Shown here: in pieces, positions 35,819-49,081 of the stretch
How positions within the stretch are numbered: position 1 is the stretch's first letter
Layout: each line of letters starts with the position of its first letter
Assembly: GCF_004010195.1 (NCBI RefSeq)
Contig: NC_057719.1
Coordinates: forward strand, 50,457,008 to 50,521,007
Length of the DNA: 64,000 bases
Reading direction: 5' to 3'
Source of the DNA: Chiloscyllium plagiosum
Lineage: Eukaryota
Program-made: the position numbers and the translations under genes
The notes under the pieces: generated by a model
The model's input: the letters and a program-made list of their open reading frames with translations, nothing else
Told to the model about the DNA's origin: nothing
Databases searched by the model: none

Positions 35819-36702
35819 AGGTCAGGCAGCATCCGAGCAGCAGGAGAATCAACGTTTCGGGCAAAAGCCCTTCATCGGGAATGTGGGTGGCTGAGAGATA
35901 AGGATAGGGGGATTCGGGGGGGGGCAGCTGGGAAGGTGATAGGTAGATGCAGGTGGGGATGTGATGGTGATCGGTTGGAGCGGAGGATGGAGTGGAACGG
36001 TTGGAAGGAAGATGGACAGGTAGGACAGTTCAAGAGGGCAGTGCTGAATTGCAGGGTTGGATCTGGAATCATATGGGGAGGGAGATGAGGAAACTGGTGA
36101 AATCGACGTTGATGCCGTGTGGTTGGAGGTTCTCAAGGCAAAAGATGAGGCATTCTTCCTCCAGGTGTCAGATGGTTAGGATGTGGCAGTGGTGGAGGCC
36201 CAGGACTTGAACATACAAGCACCTCATCTACTGTGTCCGTTGCTCTCGATGTGGTCTCCTCTACATTGGGGAGACAGGACGCCAACTTGCAGAATGTTTC
36301 AGAGAGCATCTCTGGGGGATACGCACCAAATAACCCCACTGCTCTGTGGCTAACCACTTCAACTTCCCCTCTCTCACCACTAAGGGCATGCAAGTCTTGA
36401 GCCTACTACACCACCAAATCTGAGCCACCCAATGCCTGCAGGAAGAATGCCTCCTCTTCCACGTTGGGATCCTCCAACCACATGGCATCAACGTCGATTT
36501 CACCAGTTTTCTCATCTCCCCTCCCCCACCTCTTCCCAGATCTGACCATAGAATTCTGCGTCCCTGTCTTGATCTGTCAAACTTCCTTCCCATCTTATCC
36601 ACTCCCCCTCCGCACCGACATATCACCATCAACCTCACCTGCATCCACATATTGCCTTCCCAGCTACCTTCCCCCCCCCACCCCTCCAACCCAGTCTCCC
36701 AA
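35819..36702. mobile_element. Penelope-like (Neptune-type) fold-back insertion at the position of the missing Gypsy RNase H region
   Basis: GIY-YIG with CxxC: HLIYCVRCSRCGLLYIGETGRQLAECFREHL at ~36220-36312 (+); 35900-36208 is an inverted, diverged copy of ~36385-36700. Confidence 0.85.
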
Positions 36703-37332
36703 TCACTCAATTCTAGGAATTGTAGTACTGCTCTTTTTGTTGATGGCATGGGAAACTCTTGAATTTGCTTTTGCATTCCATGGGGCCATTTGTCCTTGTT
36801 CAATAACATGGCTCAGGAAGGTGATTTGGGCTTTGGCAAATTCACTTTTAGCCAGGTTTATCACCAAGCTTGCCTTCTGAAGTCGATCGAACAAGTCTGA
36901 TAAATGTTGCAAACGTTCATTCCATGTGTGACTAAAAATCACCAGGTCATCCATGTATACGACACTGTTGGGTAATTTGGCAAGGACCTTATTGGTTAGT
37001 CTCTGAAATGTGGTTGGCACATTTTTCATACCAAATGGCCTGAATTTAAACTGATATAGTCCATTCGATGTTATGAAAGCTGAACTCGTCTTTGCTCTTT
37101 CTGACAAAGATACCTGCCAGTATCCTTTGAGCAAATCTAACTTAGAAATACAAGTTGCTTGTCCCACCTTGTCAACATAGTCTTCCAAACAAAGAATCAG
37201 ATATGTATCAGCCTTTGTAACTGCATTGACTTTGTGATAGTCCACACACAATCGTTGGGTACCATCTGGCACTATTACTTTGGGTGAGCTCCAGTCACTG
37301 TAACTCACTTCGATTATGTCATCTTGGAGCAT
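36703..37332 (-). pseudogene. Gypsy reverse transcriptase remnant
   Basis: RLCVDYHKVNAVT, ISKLDLLKGYWQV, RPFGMKNVPTTFQRL, VVYMDDLVIFS. Confidence 0.92.
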
Positions 37333-40300
37333 GCGTTTAATCTCCTTTTGAACCTGTGCAAACTTTAGAGGGTTATGTCCTTAAGGACGTTGCTTAATTG
37401 GAATAAAAACATGCATAATTACGTTTGTCCTTTCCTGTTTCTTTCCGCATATCTCCCCATGTGATAGTAATAACTCTTCCAGGTCATTTCAATTTTCATC
37501 TGGAAGGTAAGTCCATAATTTATACCAATTTTTGACAACTTCCTCATTGTCCAATTTAATTTGAGGAATGTTCAATTCAGAATCCTCTGAACTTGGTTCT
37601 TTCCTCTGTGTTGTAACCAATAACACATTCTTCTCTTGCTTTCCTTCCCTATCAAAATACCTTTTGAACATATTCTCATTACACACACTGTGAGATTTTT
37701 TTCTGTCTGGAGTCCTTTTCAAATAGTTCACCTCATGAATTTCCTTTTGACTTGATGAGGTCCAATAAACCTTGCTTTTAAAGGTTCACCAATCACTAGA
37801 AGTAACACTAGTACTTTATCCCCAATTGCAAAATTGTGAGTTTTTGATTTCCTGTCTGCTTACTGTTTCATTGTATGCTGTGATACTTTTAAATGCTGCC
37901 TAGCCAACTCCCCCACTCTACTTGTCATTCCCTAAAGTTTAACACATAATCCAACTATGTGGTCTCTGAATTCTGACTGACCAATTTGTTCTTAATCAAT
38001 TTTAGCAGTCCTCTCACTTCATGCCCAAAACCTAATTCAAATGGACTGTATTTGGTCGATTGATTTGGTGCATCTCTGATCGCAAAAAGCACAAATGGAA
38101 TATCTTATCCCAATCATCTGGATAGCCTTGACTGTAAGCCCTCAACATGGTTTTTAATGTCAGATGCCACCTTTCTAGCACTCCGTGCGACTCTGGATTT
38201 ATATTTTTTTATTCTATAACTTCCTTGGATAATTTCAATGTGAAATATGACCCTCGATCTGATTGTATCTCTGTGGGTAGTCCATATTTAGTGAAAAATG
38301 TGAGTAACCCCTCAAATCCTTTTAGCTGTGATATTGCGTAATGGATTGGCTTCTGGAAATCTAGTAGACACATCCATTATTGATAACAAATACTGATTTC
38401 CACTTCTCGTTTTAGGTAGGAGTCCTACACAATCAATTAAGACTCTTGTAAAAGATTCCTCAAATGCAGGAATAGGTATTAAAGATGCAGGTTTTAATAC
38501 TGCCTGGGGATTTCCAATTACCTGACATGTATGACATATCTGGCAAAATTCAACTCCATCCTTGTGCAGTCCAGGCCAGTAAAAATGTTTTTATATTTTA
38601 GCTTAAATTTTTCTCACTCTTAAATGATCTTCTCGTGGGAGCTCATGTGCCAGTCACAACACCTTCTTTCTATAACTCACTGACATTAGGACTTAATGAA
38701 CTTCTGCCCATTTCTCATCTGCTTGAATACGTCTTGGTCTCCATTTCCTCATTAACACATCATTTTTCAGATAATACCATTTAGGGGTGCAATCTGATGC
38801 TTTTTCTGTGTATACCTTTTGAAACAATTGCTTTAAATTTTCATCTTTCTGCTGTAACTCAGTTAATTTATCTGAGCTAAAGATATCTGCAGTGTCATCT
38901 GTGTCTTTGTATCGACCATCTGATCAAACAAGGTATCTGCTAATTCCACTTCAACTTTCTTATCTGTACACTTTTGATCTCTCCTGCTCCAACTGGTGAC
39001 TTTGTGACCTTTGTTACCACAGTCAGGAAAAATCCCAGGGTATGTGTCCTGCAATAGTTCAGTTGCCTGAGTTTCCACTGGCTTTTCAACCACAACAGGC
39101 AGCACTCGTAACAGGGAACCAGCTGTATCATTAGCAAGGACAAATTATATTCCTGGAGCTGAGAGTTTTTCCAGTACTCCGACCACGACTTTTCCACTCT
39201 TCATTGGGTACTCTAAACTTATTGAACACGTCTTGTCTCACCGTGAGTTCCCGTTACTCGTACCTTTTCTGGCAATAGTCCTTCAGAAGTACATATCTCC
39301 TCATGTTTCAACATCACATCGAGGGATCCTGCATCTCTTAATATTGTAACCTCTTGACCTGCTGCTCCTGGCCTATGTGAGTAAATCATACCTTCGCAGG
39401 TATTTGGCAGATAATCAGAAGATCTGGAGCTTCCTTCTTACCCAACCTCTGACCAGGTTATACTTCTGGTGCATTTCTACCCTCCACTGTGCTTTCTGTT
39501 ACCACTCCAACAAAACTCACTGGCTCCCCAGTGCTTTTCTTAACCCACCAACACTGATTTCATATGGCTTACTTTATTGCGGTGAAAACACCAGAACTTT
39601 TTAACGTCTCTTTCCCCTTCAAGGGTTTCCTCTTTACCTTTTGGTAAGTTAGCCTTATGATCTTCACCAGGATTTATCTTTCCACACAGGGATTTCTCTT
39701 TCCCAACTTTCTATCTGTCATGGTTTGTAACTGATTTTGGAAGCCAAACTTTGTTTTTTGAACCAACCCATCATCATCAGCCATCTCAGCTGCTAATCTT
39801 GCTGTTTTGACTCTCTGCTCTTCTACATGGTTTTTCAGTGCTTCAGGATGTGATTCTTTGAATTTCTCCAGAATAATTGTATCTCTAAGAGCCTCATAGG
39901 TTTGCTCTATTTTTAATACCCTTATCCACGTATCAAAGTTACTTTGTTTGATCCTTTAAAACTCAACGTAGGTTTGATCAGGATCCCTCCTTAGATTCCT
40001 GAAACATTGTCTGTAGGCTTCTGGCACAAGCTCATATGCGCTTAAGATGGCTTTCTTCACCACCTCATATTCCCCAGATACCTCCTCTGATAGTCATGCA
40101 AATACCTCACAACTCTACCTACAAGTTTTTTGTTTGGATCAACAAAATCCACATGGGCACTGGCCACTGCTTTTGTTTAGCCACCTTTTCAAATGAGATG
40201 AAAAAGGCTTCCGTATCCTTCTCATCAAAATTAGGCAATGCTTGAATATATTTAAACGGTTTCTCACCAGGCCTTTGGCTACCATGGGTTAGCTCATCCT

Positions 40301-41379
40301 CACTCTGTCCCTCACTAAACTTACCTTCAGCCTTTATCTCCATCCTTTTAAGCTGACTTTCCTGTCTTAAGTGCCAATTAATGAAGTTTAAACTCCCTCT
40401 CTTCCCCCCCCCTTTTCCCTCTCTTCCCCCCCCCTTAGCGATGGGGGACAGCGAGGCAGGAGAGAGGCAGTGAGGGGTCAGGAGAGGGACAGACGGATGT
40501 TTAGAATGGGACAGTGAGCAGATGGAAATCCCAGCACTGGAATTCATTCAACGCTTTTGCAAAAACGCTCATTTTATTGTCCCTTTCCTTTTATTTACAA
40601 AAATATACTTTGTTCATAACTTACCTATAGGTAAATATAGCAAGTACCTCTCTCTGTCTTCCCCCGTCTCGCTCTCTCTCCCCCCACTCTCTCTCTCTCT
40701 CCCACTTCTCTGTATCTCTCTCTCTCCCCCCTCCCCTTTCCCTTTGTCTCTCTCCTCTCTTTCCTCTGCTTTGAATCGTAATTCAAACTGTTTGATTTCT
40801 GCTGCCCTTTCGTTGTCTTCTGCCTCTAATTCAAGTTGCTTCATTTTCAATTGAATTTTAGCCATCTCTAAAGACTACGGTGGTATTTCCAGCAAATTTA
40901 AATGCTGAGCTATTGCTGTAATTATCTCTCCTTTCCTCATGGAAGGAGGCTGCTCCAGCTCTAGCTTGTGTGCTAATTGCAGCAGCTTGGACTTAATCAC
41001 CTTTTGCAAAACCCCAAAAGTCACTTCTTCCACTCCCAGACAACTCTTGATGACTGAAAGCCATTGCTATCCCAAGGACTGTTCAAACCAACTGAATTTA
41101 ACTTGGGAACAAAATACACGCACACCCACCACTCTCTGTCTTCGAGTTCAACAACCTTAATTCTGAATTGGAACTTTAGAAGAAATCCCGGACATGTTCC
41201 CAATCTATTATGGACCAGGCCAGATCCCCTTCACATTTTAAGAAAGTGGCCCAGACCCTAACTTTGCTAGTTGTTTTAAGCAGATATACCACAGATATTC
41301 CAAAAGGGATGCAGTTGGTCAAACCACGTAGTTTTAAACAAAACAGAATTTATTTACAAGATTACTGAATGAAATACAA

Positions 41380-41683
41380 TGGACGGCACGGTGGCATGGG
41401 TGGCATGGTGGCACAGTGGTTAGCACTGCTGCCTCATAGCGCCAGAGACCCGGGTTCAGTTCCCGCCTCACGTGACTCTCTGTGCGGAGTTTGCACATTC
41501 TCCCCGTGTCTGCGTGGGTTTCCTCCCACAGTCCAAAGATGTGCAGGTCAGGTGAATTGGCCATGCTAAATTGCCCTTATTAGGTAAGGGGTACATGTAG
41601 GGATATGGGTGGGTTGCGCTTCGGCGGGGAGGAGTGGACTTGTTGGGCCGAAGGACCTGTTTCCACAATGTAAGTAATCTAGC
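41380..41683 (+). mobile_element. HE1-type SINE inserted in the Gypsy 5' LTR
   Basis: GGCACAGTGGTTAGCACTGCTGCCTC...GGACCTGTTTCCACAATGTAAGTAATCTA; absent from the other LTR. Confidence 0.9.
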
Positions 41684-43382
41684 AATCGAGCAAAAAGAGA
41701 ATAGAAAAATGAATATCTTCACCTACCCGACAACCTACAGATCATCCCAACTTAATGATGCTGTTCCAAATACTTGCAACAATCCCCACAAACACCCTTT
41801 GCACAAAAGGTAAAATCAAACACAGGGTCTTACAGGAGAGATGTCAGAGAGAGAGAGGACCAGCCTGGACCTGCTTCTTTGGGTCCAGCAACTCCTTCAA
41901 CTCTACTGTGCTCAAACTGAACCAAACCAGAGAAAAGCTGAGCCAGGAGAACTGGCCACTTTCCTTTCATTGTACGTGTTTTTTTTTAAATGTGAAAGTC
42001 ATCTGCCTGAGGCAGTATCTGTTAGCTATAGTCAAACTGGCCCTAAACCCCTTCAACTTCAACTTTTTGAAGTCTGTGTTTTTTACAACCTCGCTGAAAA
42101 AAATCAAGAGTAACAATCCTGTTAAAGGAGCAGCTTCGTCACACTACCTAAGGCATTGATACTAATGTGGATCATTGACTGCCAGCTGTTCAACCTCCTC
42201 CAGAAGTATGCCATGTAGCCACTCCGTCACATACTTGACACTGGTATAATGGAGACAAAGTACTACCCAGGCATCATTTCCCTTGCCACTGAAACACCTT
42301 TCAATCCCCCTAACTAGTGAATACCCTATTACTTCTGTACTTCCAGTCTTCTCTTCACAACTATCCACTTGAATCACCTGTGGTGCCACAGATTTAACCT
42401 TTGCTGCATTCCGCTGAGAAGCCATTGCCCTCACTCGTATGCCATCACTCGTATGCAATACAAAAAACAGATTATCTCACGAGACTTACTCCAAGATCTT
42501 CTGCACCACCTACCTGGTTCTCTTATACTGCCTGAAGGTCATCGATTCTTTACTTGCCAACATAATACTGTGTCATCACCTGTCGAAACCTGCTTACTTT
42601 ATCGTTCTCTACCTTGCATGCATATCTCCAGCCCCTGCCTGAGTTTGGAAACTTGGAGCTCAAGCTTGTGCAGCTGCTAAGACTTCCGACAGATGTGCTT
42701 GCCGAGGACATGAGGTATATCATGATTTCCCACTCTGCAGGCTATACATTCAGTTCAGCTGATCTTTGCTGCCATACCTTAGCTTCACAATGAATTAAAT
42801 AAAAAGAGAAGACAGCTTATGTGCACCAAAGTAAATATCAAGCACCCCAGCGAGTACAGAAAGTAGAAGAAAGGAAGGCTGCTTTCTTTCCTTCAGTGAA
42901 TTCCCCACTCACCAAGCTTGTATTTGCTCATTGTGCTTACAATCTGGACTTCATTTGCAAGCTTTTCCCGGACCCATAAACTTATGTTCTTTTGAAGCTG
43001 AAGCTACAGCAACCAGATTGGACTGGTTAGTGAACTATTTCATCAGCTGTTTTCTGGAAGAGTTTGTTAATGTTGCCTAAGACTGGAAGAAACTTGTGTT
43101 GGCTTGATTTACACCATAAATACCAGTTACATGTTAAGAGTCCTGAGGAAAAGTCATCTTGAACTTAAAATATGAATTGTTTGTCTTTCCACAGATACTA
43201 TTAGACGAGCTGAGTTTCTTCAGCCGATTTTGTTTTTTCTTTATCTGCTCAAACTGCTTATTATCTACACTTCAACACACAACCCACCAGCCACAGCTAA
43301 TGTCATCGCCACAGATAGCTACTGGGATCAAAGAACAATGCTTTTTGATTGATTGCTTCCCACTCCCAACTCATTTTCAATT

Positions 43383-43995
43383 TAGACCATAAGACATATG
43401 AGTGGAAGCAAGGCCATTTGGCCCATCGAGTCCACTCCCCCATTTAATCATGGCTGACGGGTGTTTAAATTCCACTTTCCAGCACTCTCCCTGTAACCCT
43501 TAAATCCTTGCGAGATCAAGAAGTTATCGATGTCTGCCTTGAAGACACCCAAAGTCCTGGCCTCCACTGCACTCATCGGCAATGAATTCCACAGGCCCAC
43601 CACTGTCTGGCTGGGGAAAAGTCTCATTATTTCCATTCTAAATTGACCCCTCTAATTTTAAGGCTGTGCCCATGTGTCCTAGTGTCTCCACGTAATGGAA
43701 ACAACTTCCCAGTGTCCACCCTTTCTAAGCCATGCATTATCTTGTAAGTTTCTATTAGATTTCCCCTCAAACTTCTAAACTCCAATGTATACAAACCCAG
43801 GATCCTCAGCCATTCATCATATGTTAGTCCTACCATTCCAGGGATCATCTGTGTGAATCTGCAGTGCCAGTATGCCCTTCTTGAGCTGTGGGGCTCAAAA
43901 TTGGACACAGTACTCTAAATGGGGCTGAACCAGAGCTTCATAAAGTCTCAGAAGCACATCGCTGCTTTTATATTCCAACTGTCTTGAGATAAATG
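43383..43995 (-). mobile_element. CR1 3' fragment
   Basis: LRILGLYTLEFRSLRGNLIETYKI, TRTHGHSLKIRG; tail AGACCATAAGACAT. Confidence 0.85.
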
Positions 43996-44654
43996 TGCTT
44001 GCCATTGTGCTCACCTACTTGCTATCTCTTTTGTGGATCCTCCTATGGCCCACTTCTAATCCTTGAGCCCTTACTTCCCACATTCACCCACTGGTCAGCT
44101 TCCCCTGAATGAAGTATGGTGGTAGGGGAGAATGATAAATTGAACAGGTAGGGGAGTGGTGAGATGCTGTGGGGAATGAGGCAGTGACGGGTGTTTAGGA
44201 GGGCAACAATTGTGGTGATGAGGGGCTGGGTGTGAAATAGAAAGTGGTGTGACAGATGAGGTGCTGAGCTGTGGCAGTAACAATGGGCACAAGCGTGTTG
44301 TCAGTTGTATGAACTTTCTGTTTCAGTGTGTGCAAGTGGTCAATGATGTCGGAGTGCTGACTTCTTGTTCTAGGCTGTTGTTAATTGGTAATAACTCTTG
44401 TGTATATAATGTGTGTTAATATGTTGCAGAAATATTCCCATTACATGACTGTGCATCTTTATTTCTGAATGTTAAAGATTTGTTGATGTGGTAGCAAAAA
44501 TAGTGGACCGTAGCAATAGATTCAAGAGATTCTACCTTTTCGAGGTCACTTGGTTCGGTCTTGCCAGTAACATTATCCTGGAAACAGGCAAAAGCAAATT
44601 AGATACTTTCCTGGATTTTGTGTAATTCAAGCTTTATTTTTCCCCCCAATACAG

Positions 44655-44835
44655 TAAGGTGCGGAGAGGGCCAATAGGAAAGAAGGTCAAAGTACAGATT
44701 CTGCACAAATCTTCTGTCACAGACTTGGATTCTTTTACACGTGATGAGGAAGAGACTCAACACCATCTGAATTCTGTCACAACGACAGCAGCTGCCACTG
44801 CAGCAGCCATTGTTGCTACTGCACCTCTCCTTAAG
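44655..44835 (+). CDS. KIAA0586: KIAA0586 coding exon (phase 2 to 0)
   Basis: ...KKVKVQIL...[23 protein letters not shown] matches the TALPID3 signature recalled as [22 protein letters not shown]; acceptor CCCCCCAATACAG|, donor AAG|GTTGGT. Confidence 0.95.
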
Positions 44836-45319
44836 GTTGGTGAAATCTGTGTGTCGTATTTTCAGCAATACATATAGCGTGGTCAGGAATTGCATATAGT
44901 TTGTCATTTTGCTAGGGATAAGTTTTCTGTAGCATATTGCCCATATGAACCGTGGTAGTTTTATGTGGAAGCAACTATCACTGAATAGTATTTGACAGTA
45001 ATATTTTCATTAATAAAAAATACTACTTGTTAAATGGCCAAATATAGTCTTGATCGTGACCCAAACACAAGACGATTTAGCCATCCAGTCATTGTGGAAT
45101 TTTCTTCAATATTGTCAGAATTGTTTGGCTGTCAATAATTCTGCAGAAGTTCAAATGATATCCTGTTCGTATACCATAACCATTCCATTTCTTTTCTGCT
45201 TCCTTTTGTTTATTAAGTAAGGGTTTATGGCATAACAGTGTTATATGTTAGCAATACATTGCATTATTAGTAAATGGTAGAATTTGATCCTTATCAATAA
45301 TTCCAAATATGTTGAGTTA

Positions 45320-46420
45320 GACCAGAAGACTATAAGAAATAGGAACTGAAGTAGAACCATTCGACCCCTTGAGCCTGCTCCACCATTTAATAGCATCATG
45401 GCTGATCTGGCATTGCTCATGTCAATTTTCCTGCCCTTTCCCTGTAACCCTTGATTCCCCTATTGATCAACAATCTATCTATCTCGGCCTTAATATACAC
45501 AAGATCTCTGTCCACACAGGAACTCATGATAACCAGTTCCAAAAATACTCAAACATCTGGGAGAAAAAATTCCTCTTCATCCCCTTATTTTATCCCTTTA
45601 TTTTAAGTCTATGACCTCTGGTCCTAGACTGTCCCATGAAGGGAAGTATCCTCTCTGCATTTATCTTGTTAAGTCCCTTTAAGAATCCTGTATGTTTCAG
45701 TGAGATTACCACTTTATTCATCTAAACTCATGAGTTGAGTCCCAACCTGTTTAGTTTTTGCTCATAAGTCAATCCCTCTGGGAGTCATTCTCATGAACCT
45801 TCTCTGAACTGCCTCCAGTGAAAATTGCTCTCAGTACTCCAGATGTGGTCTCACCAGCACCTTCCACAGTTGTAGTAAGATTTCCCTACTTTTCTATTCC
45901 AACCCCCTTGAAGTAAGGGCCAATATTTCACTAGCCTTCCTGATTACTTGATGCACCAGTGTGCGAGCTTTCTGTGCAAGTACCCCCAAATCTCTTTGCT
46001 TTGCAGCTTTTTGCATTTGTCCGCCATGTAAATTCTGTTCTTTTGTTCTTCTTTCCAAAATGAACAACTTCATATTTTCCCAGATTGTGCTCCATTTGGC
46101 AACTTTTTGCCCACTTACTTAACCTATCAGCATCTCTCTGTAAACTGTTTATATTCCTCTCGCAACCAACCTTTTCACAAATTTTTCCAAATTTGGCTAC
46201 AGTGCATTCACTCTTTCCTCCCAACTTATTAATATATATTGTAAACAGTTATGGTCCCATTATAGATCCCTGTGAAATCCTACTGATCACAGTTCAGCCT
46301 GAAAAAGAACCCTTTATCTCCACTCGCCTTTTCCTACCCATGGGCCAATTCTTTATCCATGTCAATATTCTATTTCTAGCACTGTGGGCTTTTATGACTT
46401 AACCTTTTGTAAGGTATCTT
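45320..46420 (-). mobile_element. CR1 RT/3' fragment
   Basis: SLQRDADRLSKWAKSCQMEHNLGKYEVVHFGKKN. Confidence 0.8.
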
Positions 46421-46439
46421 GTCAAGCACCTTCTCAAAG

Positions 46440-46880
46440 TCTCTACTTGCCTGGATGATTGCAGCTCCAACAATATTCAAGAATCATGATAATCTCCAGT
46501 ATAAAGCAGCTTACTTGTTTGGCACCACATTCACACACATCTGCTCCCTCCAACGACACTCAGCACCAGCAGCGTGCACCATCTCCAAGACACACTGCAG
46601 AAATTCACCAAACATCCTTAGATACATCTTCTAAACCCATGACTAGTTCCATCTAGAAGGACAAGGGCAGCAGACATATTGGAGCATCACCACCAGCAAG
46701 GCACTCACCATCCTGACTTGGAAATATATCGCTGATGCTTCAGTGTCACTGGGTCAAAATCCTGGAATTTTCTCCCTGGCGGCATGGTCAGTCAATCTAC
46801 AGCACATGGAGTGCAACAGTTCAAGAAGGCAGGTCACCTCCACCTTCTCAAGGGCATTTAGGGACAGGCATTAAAGCTAT
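46440..46880 (+). mobile_element. 3' part of another non-LTR retrotransposon family (clade not assigned); related pieces ~5560-5749, 6354-6520, 6840-7110, 7920-8250, 9000-9370, 58750-59010
   Basis: Shared GCAGCTCCAACAA...TCAAGAA and CTGACTTGGAAATATATCGC...AAAATCCTGGAA blocks. Confidence 0.5.
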
Positions 46881-49081
46881 CAGTGCCAAAGGGCTTTAGC
46901 CCCATTAGTTTGTCTAACAACTTCTTTAATGATGGTACTTAATTCTCCCCTGTTTTCTTTAGTACCAATGGAATATTCAAAGTATCTGATGCCATAAAAT
47001 GCTGATGCAAAATATCTGTTTAATTCCTGTTCCATTTCCTTCTTCCTCAAAGCTTGCTCCCCAGATTAATTTTCCAAGGGGTCTATTCTTCTTTGACCTT
47101 TCTCTTCCTTTTTTATATATTCAAAGAAGCTCTTATTGTCAGTTTTTGTCTTCCTCGCATTTGTTTCCCTTGACGTTTATTTTTTCTGTCTTTATCAACG
47201 TCTTGTCGTTCTGAATTTATCCCAGTCTTCCAGGCTATCACTGGCTTTAACCTCCTTGGATGCTTTCAGGATCCTAAGCTGCTGTTTGACATCGAGTGAC
47301 TGTTCATACAGTATTTGTCAGTTCAATTGCAGATTAATTATTCAAATCATCAAACAATCTCAGGTGCTACAAGGTCCAAATGATAGACAGGAGGAAATAC
47401 AAAATTACTCAACAAAGAAGCTTGATTTTGAGCAGTTTGTATACAACAGTTGGTTGTAAAATTAAATATGATCTGAAAGGTCATTACATCCCTACTTTTG
47501 ATAGTGAACTCGAGAAGTGTGATGTTATATAATGGCTTTCTGCTTAGGTGTCTAAGTTCAGAAACAGTCATTTGGGAGGAGAGGTACGTTGCAGTTTTCT
47601 CCCATGGGCCTTCTCACCTCTTCTAATAACATCAACTGAAGTATAGATTTTTTTTCAGACATATAACTGATGGTTTTTTTCCTGTACTGCTCTTCTTTGT
47701 CCATTCGTATAGAACATGACTTAAATTAGGTTGTTTTGCTTTGGGAAATCATTGCCACAATGTTTGACTTTGTTTGTTCTTGTCACTAATAAAGCATGCA
47801 TTTTCAAGAGCTGCTTTTGATTGTGACTTGGACTATGAGCTATTGTGATAGAACATAAGAAACAGGAGGAGAAATAAGATATCTGGTTCCTCAGGCCATG
47901 CTGTATCTCTGTGTGTTCCTAGCTGATCTGACTGGCTTTAGCTCTGCTTGCCTCTATAAACCTTGAGTACCTTGTCAATCAATAATCTGTCAACTTCATC
48001 CTTGAATATACTCAATGACTCAGCCTCCACTGCACTGAGTGGAAGACAATTCCAAACATGAAAGAGACACTCGTTTAAGAGCTATGTCTTAAATCAGAGA
48101 TCCCTTATTTGGTACTGTTCTCTCTAATTCTAGGATCCCTCATGAGATGAATCCTCAACTGTGGCAAGCCCCCTCAGAATCTTGTGTTTCATTCTGATAA
48201 CTTCTCATTTTGTGCAATGCAATGTATAGATCTAAACTGCTCAATTTTTCCTCATGAGGAAATCCACTTATGACAGACATTTGGCTAACTGGCATTTATT
48301 TTCTAGCTTTCCGAGTCCTTCCTTTCTTGAACAGAGGTGTTACATTTGTGGTTTTCTAAACTGATAGGACCTTGCTAGAATTTAAAGAATTTTGAAAGAT
48401 TACAGTCAATGCATCTTCTATCTCTGCAACCACTTCTTTTAAAGTGCGAGGATGCCCGCAATAAGCTCTCGGGGGCTTGTCAGTCTAGAGTGCTATTAGC
48501 TTTCCTAATACTTTTTTTCCAGTGATTACTATTTTAGATTCTTTCCTCTCTTTGCCTATTGATTGTCTTCTACTCTTGGATCCTTTTTGTGTTTTCATGT
48601 GTGTAGATTGATCCGAAATACTTGCTCAAAGCCTCTGCCATTTTCCCGTTCTCCATTATTAGGTTATCAATCTTCCCTGTAGCTTGAGTGACTGTTTTCC
48701 TTTTTAGATATTTGTAGAAGCTTTAATTGCCTGTTTTTATATTTCTTGCTAGTTCTTTTCTTATTCTCCAATTTCTCCTTTTTTTTTTACAAAGTCATCC
48801 TTTACTCATTTCTAAAACTTACCCAATCTTCTGACCTACCACTAATTTTTGCAGCATTGTATGCCTTTTCTTTCAATTTGATGCCATTCTTTACTTGATT
48901 AATTAGCCACAGTTTGTGTATCCTTATGGTAAAGTCTCTTTTTCAATGGAGTATATCATTTTTGAGTATTCTGGTATATCTCCTTCATGTTTGCCGCTGG
49001 TACTCTTGCCGTTAGTTTTGTGTTTTAAACTTTTTACCACTTCACTTGAGCCAATTCCTCCTTCATTACCCTTGTTATTTA

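Larger units (their letters stand above)
35049..42143 (-). mobile_element. Gmr1-like Ty3/Gypsy LTR retrotransposon (gag-PR-IN-RT), degenerate
   Basis: LTRs 35049-35673 and 41206-42143 (TG...CA); TSD CTACC at 35044-35048 and 42144-42148; PBS TGGGAACATGTCCGGGAT (tRNA-Pro-like) next to 41205; PPT AAGGGAGGAGG at 35674-35684; PR ILRDAG ~39340; IN H-H-C-C and VLIDCVG ~38650-38420; RT YMDD in ORF 36703-37332. Confidence 0.92.
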
